A DNA stretch of 9,152 nucleotides from an uncultured Gammaproteobacteria bacterium (lineage in GTDB: Bacteria; Patescibacteriota; Patescibacteriia; UBA2591; UBA6264), in the NCBI GenBank assembly GCA_964617525.1, contig CAZTWG010000014.1, forward strand, positions 1,808-10,959, read 5' to 3'. This document shows, in pieces, positions 5,633 through 9,152 of the stretch (within the stretch, counting starts at the first letter, position 1; each line of letters begins with the position of its first letter). A program made the translations under genes and the position numbers. Under the pieces are notes generated by a model. It saw only the letters and a list, made by a program, of their open reading frames with translations, had not been told where the DNA came from and did not search any database.

Positions 5633-6793
5633 TTAAAATAAATTTGCTACTTCGCGAAAACTAATTACTATCGACAAAAGAAGTAATAAATAAAATCCAA
5701 TATTAGTAGTAATTATCTCTAGCTTTTGATTTAAAGGACGACCTCGCAACCCCTCAAATAAAGCAAAAACTATTCTTGAACCATCTAAAGCTGGGAAAGG
5801 AACGAGTTGGAAAGCTCCGATAGCTACAGAAATGATAGCAACAAAATGCAAAAGATAAACAAAGCCAATTTGAGCTACGCCACTAATCATTTGAGTTATC
5901 CCAATTGGACCCGAAACGCCCCCAACCATTTTTTGTTTAAATATCAAGGTTTTAAAGACAAGCACTATGCCAGAAAATATTTGGCCCAATAGATGAAACA
6001 CCATACTCCACCCCTTAACGATGGCATAATACCAAGGATATTTAACCAATGCTGTTTTGGATAGAGATATTCCAATAAATCCTTTATTTAAAATACCTTT
6101 TTCTATATCCGTTTCGTCTTTAAATATATCTTGATAAGATAAAACTGGTAATTCTTGAGTTATTACCTCGTGCTTTCTATTAATTTTGATCGCTATAGAT
6201 TCCCCGATTTTATTTTGAATGTAATGCTGAACCTCGATTACATCAGTAAATGATTGACCATCAATGTCAAGCAAAACATCTCCTACCCGTAGATTAGCCT
6301 CAGAAGCAGGTGAATTGGGGAAAACTCCGCCAATTTGAATAGTAACTGGACTAACAATTTTTCCTACAGTTAAATCTTCCTGACTTAAATCTCGCGGGAT
6401 TCCAGTTAAACATAAAAAAGAAAAAATAATAACTGCTAAAAAAATATTCATTATTGCACCTCCGGCAGCTACCAAAACTTTTTTCCACCAAACTTGAGCC
6501 GAAAAACTATCCTTCTCCGAGAGAGAACCCATCTCACCCTTTAACTTAGTGAATCCTCCCAGAGGAATCCAATTTAAGGAATAAATTGTTTTATTGACGG
6601 ATAAGGCTGGTGGGGTTTTTCCCCAAAAAAATTTCGGCCTTCCCTCCCTGAAAACAAACCCACACATTCTTGGTGGATAACCAATGCCAAATTCCTCCAC
6701 CTTTACTGCAAAAATTTTAGCCATTAAAAAATGACCAGCTTCGTGGAAAAAAATTAAAACACTTAAAGCTATAATAGCCAAGAGAATAAACAT
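5633..6793 (-). CDS. rseP: Site-2 (M50) intramembrane zinc metalloprotease RseP/RasP family
   Basis: 386 aa. HEAGH (HExxH) in the first TM helix, a single central PDZ-like segment (GDVLLDIDGQSF), and a distal LVPFPALDGSRI motif (the LDG motif of S2P proteases), with several hydrophobic helices. TAA stop. Confidence 0.9.
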   Translation of the reverse strand: MFILLAIIALSVLIFFHEAGHFLMAKIFAVKVEEFGIGYPPRMCGFVFREGRPKFFWGKTPPALSVNKTIYSLNWIPLGGFTKLKGEMGSLSEKDSFSAQVWWKKVLVAAGGAIMNIFLAVIIFSFLCLTGIPRDLSQEDLTVGKIVSPVTIQIGGVFPNSPASEANLRVGDVLLDIDGQSFTDVIEVQHYIQNKIGESIAIKINRKHEVITQELPVLSYQDIFKDETDIEKGILNKGFIGISLSKTALVKYPWYYAIVKGWSMVFHLLGQIFSGIVLVFKTLIFKQKMVGGVSGPIGITQMISGVAQIGFVYLLHFVAIISVAIGAFQLVPFPALDGSRIVFALFEGLRGRPLNQKLEIITTNIGFYLLLLLSIVISFREVANLF

Positions 6794-6799
6794 AAACGC

Positions 6800-7351
6800 T
6801 TAAATTATTGTAATTTCTTCTTCTTTCTTTTGCCCAATTAGCTTAATCTCATCCTGTTTTTCTCGACTCAACTTATCTACTTGATCAAAAAGACGATATT
6901 TATCATCTTCGCTAATCTCCTTAGCTCTTTCATCTTTAACGATTTGTTCCCTAATTTCATCTCGTACATTGCGTAGACTCCTTCGAGAGTTTTCTAGCTT
7001 GTCATGCAAAACTTTGATTAAACTTTTTCTAGTATCTTCGTTTAATGCTGGCATTTTTAAACGAATAAATCCATCTGTAACGGTAGGTGTAGCGCCTAAA
7101 TTAGCGACAGACAAGGCCTGTTCTATATTTTTAGAGACACTTTTATCCCATGCTTGGATTAAAATCAATCGTGGCTCAGGAGTGCTTAAGGATGCTAGCT
7201 GGTCAAGTCTAGTTTTAACTCCATAGACATCAACCAAAACATGAGCTACCAATTCTGTGCTAACTCTATTAGTACGTAAACTCTGAATATCTTTCTTTAA
7301 AAAATCAATTATTTTGTTAAATTTTTCTTGATGAGCTTCAATAAAGTCCAT
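6800..7351 (-). CDS. frr: Ribosome recycling factor
   Basis: 183 aa, the typical RRF length. It has typical RRF sequence features (LRTNRVSTELVAHVLVDVYG, NLGATPTVTDGFIRLKMPALNEDTRKSLIK, RRSLRNVRDE). TAA stop. Confidence 0.95.
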   Translation of the reverse strand: MDFIEAHQEKFNKIIDFLKKDIQSLRTNRVSTELVAHVLVDVYGVKTRLDQLASLSTPEPRLILIQAWDKSVSKNIEQALSVANLGATPTVTDGFIRLKMPALNEDTRKSLIKVLHDKLENSRRSLRNVRDEIREQIVKDERAKEISEDDKYRLFDQVDKLSREKQDEIKLIGQKKEEEITII

Positions 7352-7360
7352 AAATTTAAT

Positions 7361-8416
7361 TTAATTATTAAAAGATCGTACCCCTAGATAAATAATATTT
7401 GGATTAAATGGGTCAATGATTAATTGGGATAGCTGATTCTTTGTAGGGACAGATTTAGGCGTCCAATTTAAACCACCATCAATGGATTGGAAAACTATAT
7501 TTTTATCTGAAGCTATGTAATATATAATGTTGATATCTTGATGGGATACAGCAAAAGAAACTATATCAACCTTACCATGGTCAGTCAACAATTTATATTC
7601 AGTCCATGTTTTCCCACCATCATTTGTCCTTAATAGCCCATAACCATTAGCGCTAATTAATACTTCTGGATCATAAGATTGAAAAGCTATTTTAGCTACA
7701 TTTTTGGCTCCCTTGTAATCTTTGAGAGACTCTGATAAAGAAACCCAGTCTAATCCCTTATTGTCAGAACGAAAAATTCCTTTTCTAGGAGTACTAACAT
7801 AAATTCTTTGAGTATTCTGCGGATTTATCAATACCTCCCCTATTCCATCTTCAAAATTATTTATCGTTGCCCAACTAAAACCGTCGTCCTCGCTACGAAT
7901 TAATCTACCGTCAGAAAGTCCTATGTAAATTCTTCGAGGAACGGACGGGTCGATAGCAACATAATTAATAACTACTTTTGGCATAGCCTCTAAATAAATA
8001 ATTTGCCACGTACGACCTGAATCTGAGGTTCTAAAAACTTGGTTATCAACTGCAACATAAACAACATGTTTTAATTTGGGATGAACTGCAATAGACATAA
8101 TTTCTCCTTTTGGAAATGTTCTAATTTTTTGCCAAGACTCAGCAGCATCAAAACTAACAAAAAGCCCCTGCTTTATTGAGCCTAAATATACCGTATTATT
8201 GTCTTGCGGATCAAAAACGAGCGTATTCACATCTACTCTATCCAATGCCCGAACCTCATTTTCAAGAGAACAAATATCAATTTTTTGCGACCAAGAATCA
8301 GCTGAATCTATACTTTTAAAAATTCCATTACTATATTTTGGCTTAACGGTGCAACCATTTAAAAAAACAAATAAAAAGATAAATAAAAAGATAAAAAGAA
8401 TTTTTGGTTTACGCAT
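7361..8416 (-). CDS. Predicted lipoprotein with seven BNR/Asp-box repeats (probable 7-bladed beta-propeller; function unknown)
   Basis: 351 aa. The signal peptide MRKPKILFIFLFIFLFVFLNGC ends in a lipobox-like LNGC (Cys22). Seven S-x-D-x-G-x-x-W-like boxes recur about every 45 aa: SIDSADSW, SFDAAESW, TSDSGRTW, SEDDGFSW, SDNKGLDW, TNDGGKTW, SIDGGLNW. They alternate with DPxxPxxIY-type strands, for example IDPSVPRRIYIG and IDPFNPNIIYLG. Confidence 0.8.
   Translation of the reverse strand: MRKPKILFIFLFIFLFVFLNGCTVKPKYSNGIFKSIDSADSWSQKIDICSLENEVRALDRVDVNTLVFDPQDNNTVYLGSIKQGLFVSFDAAESWQKIRTFPKGEIMSIAVHPKLKHVVYVAVDNQVFRTSDSGRTWQIIYLEAMPKVVINYVAIDPSVPRRIYIGLSDGRLIRSEDDGFSWATINNFEDGIGEVLINPQNTQRIYVSTPRKGIFRSDNKGLDWVSLSESLKDYKGAKNVAKIAFQSYDPEVLISANGYGLLRTNDGGKTWTEYKLLTDHGKVDIVSFAVSHQDINIIYYIASDKNIVFQSIDGGLNWTPKSVPTKNQLSQLIIDPFNPNIIYLGVRSFNN
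8369..8392. repeat. Perfect 12-bp tandem duplication (AAATAAAAAGAT x2) inside the lipoprotein signal-peptide coding region
   Basis: 8369-8380 and 8381-8392 are identical and are followed by a partial third copy (AAAAAGAA). On the coding strand this encodes the reiterated FIFL FIFL h-region. Confidence 0.9.
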
Positions 8417-8430
8417 ATAAAAATATTAAA

Positions 8431-9152
8431 TTAAACAAAATCATTAAGTACTAAATTCTCAATTAATAATTTCTTGTTAGCGTGTTTTGCCAACAAAACC
8501 TGAGTCTTCAAAATTTGATTTACAAAAAAATAAAGTTCACCTTGAGAATATTTCTCAGATAAATCTAATAATTTACTTTTTCCCAAAGGACTAGATGGAT
8601 ATAATTTCAGTTTAACTAAAGATAAATCTCTTATAAACTGAATCAATGAAAACAATGTTTGTTTAACGTCAAGTTTTAGAATCATGCTAGCTAATTTAAA
8701 TTTGTTTTCTAAATTATTTCGCTCTGACAAAAGAGATATAAATTTTTCTGTCAAATTCTCATAATTCTTAAAACCATTTTCCTTATCTTGAGCTAACTTT
8801 ATGGCCAATCCTGGCAAATTTAAAGATAAATTAGAAATTTTTTTGGCTTCAGCTAAGCTTAAGCCAAACTCTTTCTTCAAAAAATTACTAAGTTCTTCTG
8901 AAGATGGTGGCAAAAATCTTAAAATTTGACAACGAGAACGAATGGTGGTGGGCAAATTACCAAAACCCCTAATTAACAAAATTATAAAAACATGAGATGG
9001 AGTTTCTTCCAACACTTTTAGCAAAGAGTTAGCAGCAGGAATTGTTAAGCTATCAGCATCTTCTATTATAACAACTTTAGAAGAACCGGAAAGAGGGGCT
9101 AAATTAACAATACCCTTGACTTCCCTGACCTGGCTAATACTAATATCCTTAC
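8431..9152 (-). CDS. holB: DNA polymerase III clamp-loader subunit, delta-prime-like (5' end outside the window)
   Basis: The frame stays open upstream of the ORF-track TTG (9024) to the window edge. The hand-translated upstream part reads ...KVVIIEDADSLTIPAANSLLKVLEETPSHVFIIL, which is Walker B DExD-like plus the clamp-loader box. The SRC motif follows (TIRSRCQILRF), then a ~165-aa helical C-terminal domain. The short C-terminus favours delta-prime over DnaX. Confidence 0.8.
   Translation of the reverse strand, partial: KDISISQVREVKGIVNLAPLSGSSKVVIIEDADSLTIPAANSLLKVLEETPSHVFIILLIRGFGNLPTTIRSRCQILRFLPPSSEELSNFLKKEFGLSLAEAKKISNLSLNLPGLAIKLAQDKENGFKNYENLTEKFISLLSERNNLENKFKLASMILKLDVKQTLFSLIQFIRDLSLVKLKLYPSSPLGKSKLLDLSEKYSQGELYFFVNQILKTQVLLAKHANKKLLIENLVLNDFV

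Noticed and set aside
1-9152. CRISPR arrays, transposases or IS ends, integrases, phage genes, toxin-antitoxin pairs and defence-system genes.
   Set aside because: No spaced direct repeats, no terminal inverted repeats flanking a gene, and no ORF with such signatures. All large ORFs are housekeeping genes.

Overview
The window is AT-rich (about one-third G+C by eye) with very tightly packed housekeeping genes. This fits a small, reduced bacterial genome, possibly CPR/Patescibacteria-like; that lineage guess is inference only. Left to right: the 3' part of smc (+); a convergent mgtE Mg2+ channel gene (-); an 880-bp stretch (2482-3361) with no substantial ORF; then a minus-strand array with 1-14 nt spacers, transcribed holB (5' end outside the window), a BNR/Asp-box beta-propeller lipoprotein, frr, rseP, proS, mreB. 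I see no CRISPR array, transposase, rRNA or tRNA. The most unusual part is the ORF-free island between mreB and mgtE. It contains a ~130-nt set of four nested helices followed by a U7 tract (minus strand), interleaved CUCCU/AAGGAG and GGGUUAAA/UUUAACCC pairings, a strongly G-depleted tract, and a few very short ORFs. By eye it matches no RNA family I know (tRNA, tmRNA, RNase P and M-box all checked). It may be an undescribed ncRNA or small-gene locus, or an eroded gene; I cannot tell which without folding statistics, covariation or expression data. Secondary observations: proS lacks the INS editing domain and carries a CxxC-x14-CxxC insert in its place; no gene start has a Shine-Dalgarno motif; mgtE may have a leaderless-type promoter; and the frr-rseP-proS block is compacted, lacking uppS/cdsA/dxr. 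All structure and motif calls were made by hand and need computational confirmation.
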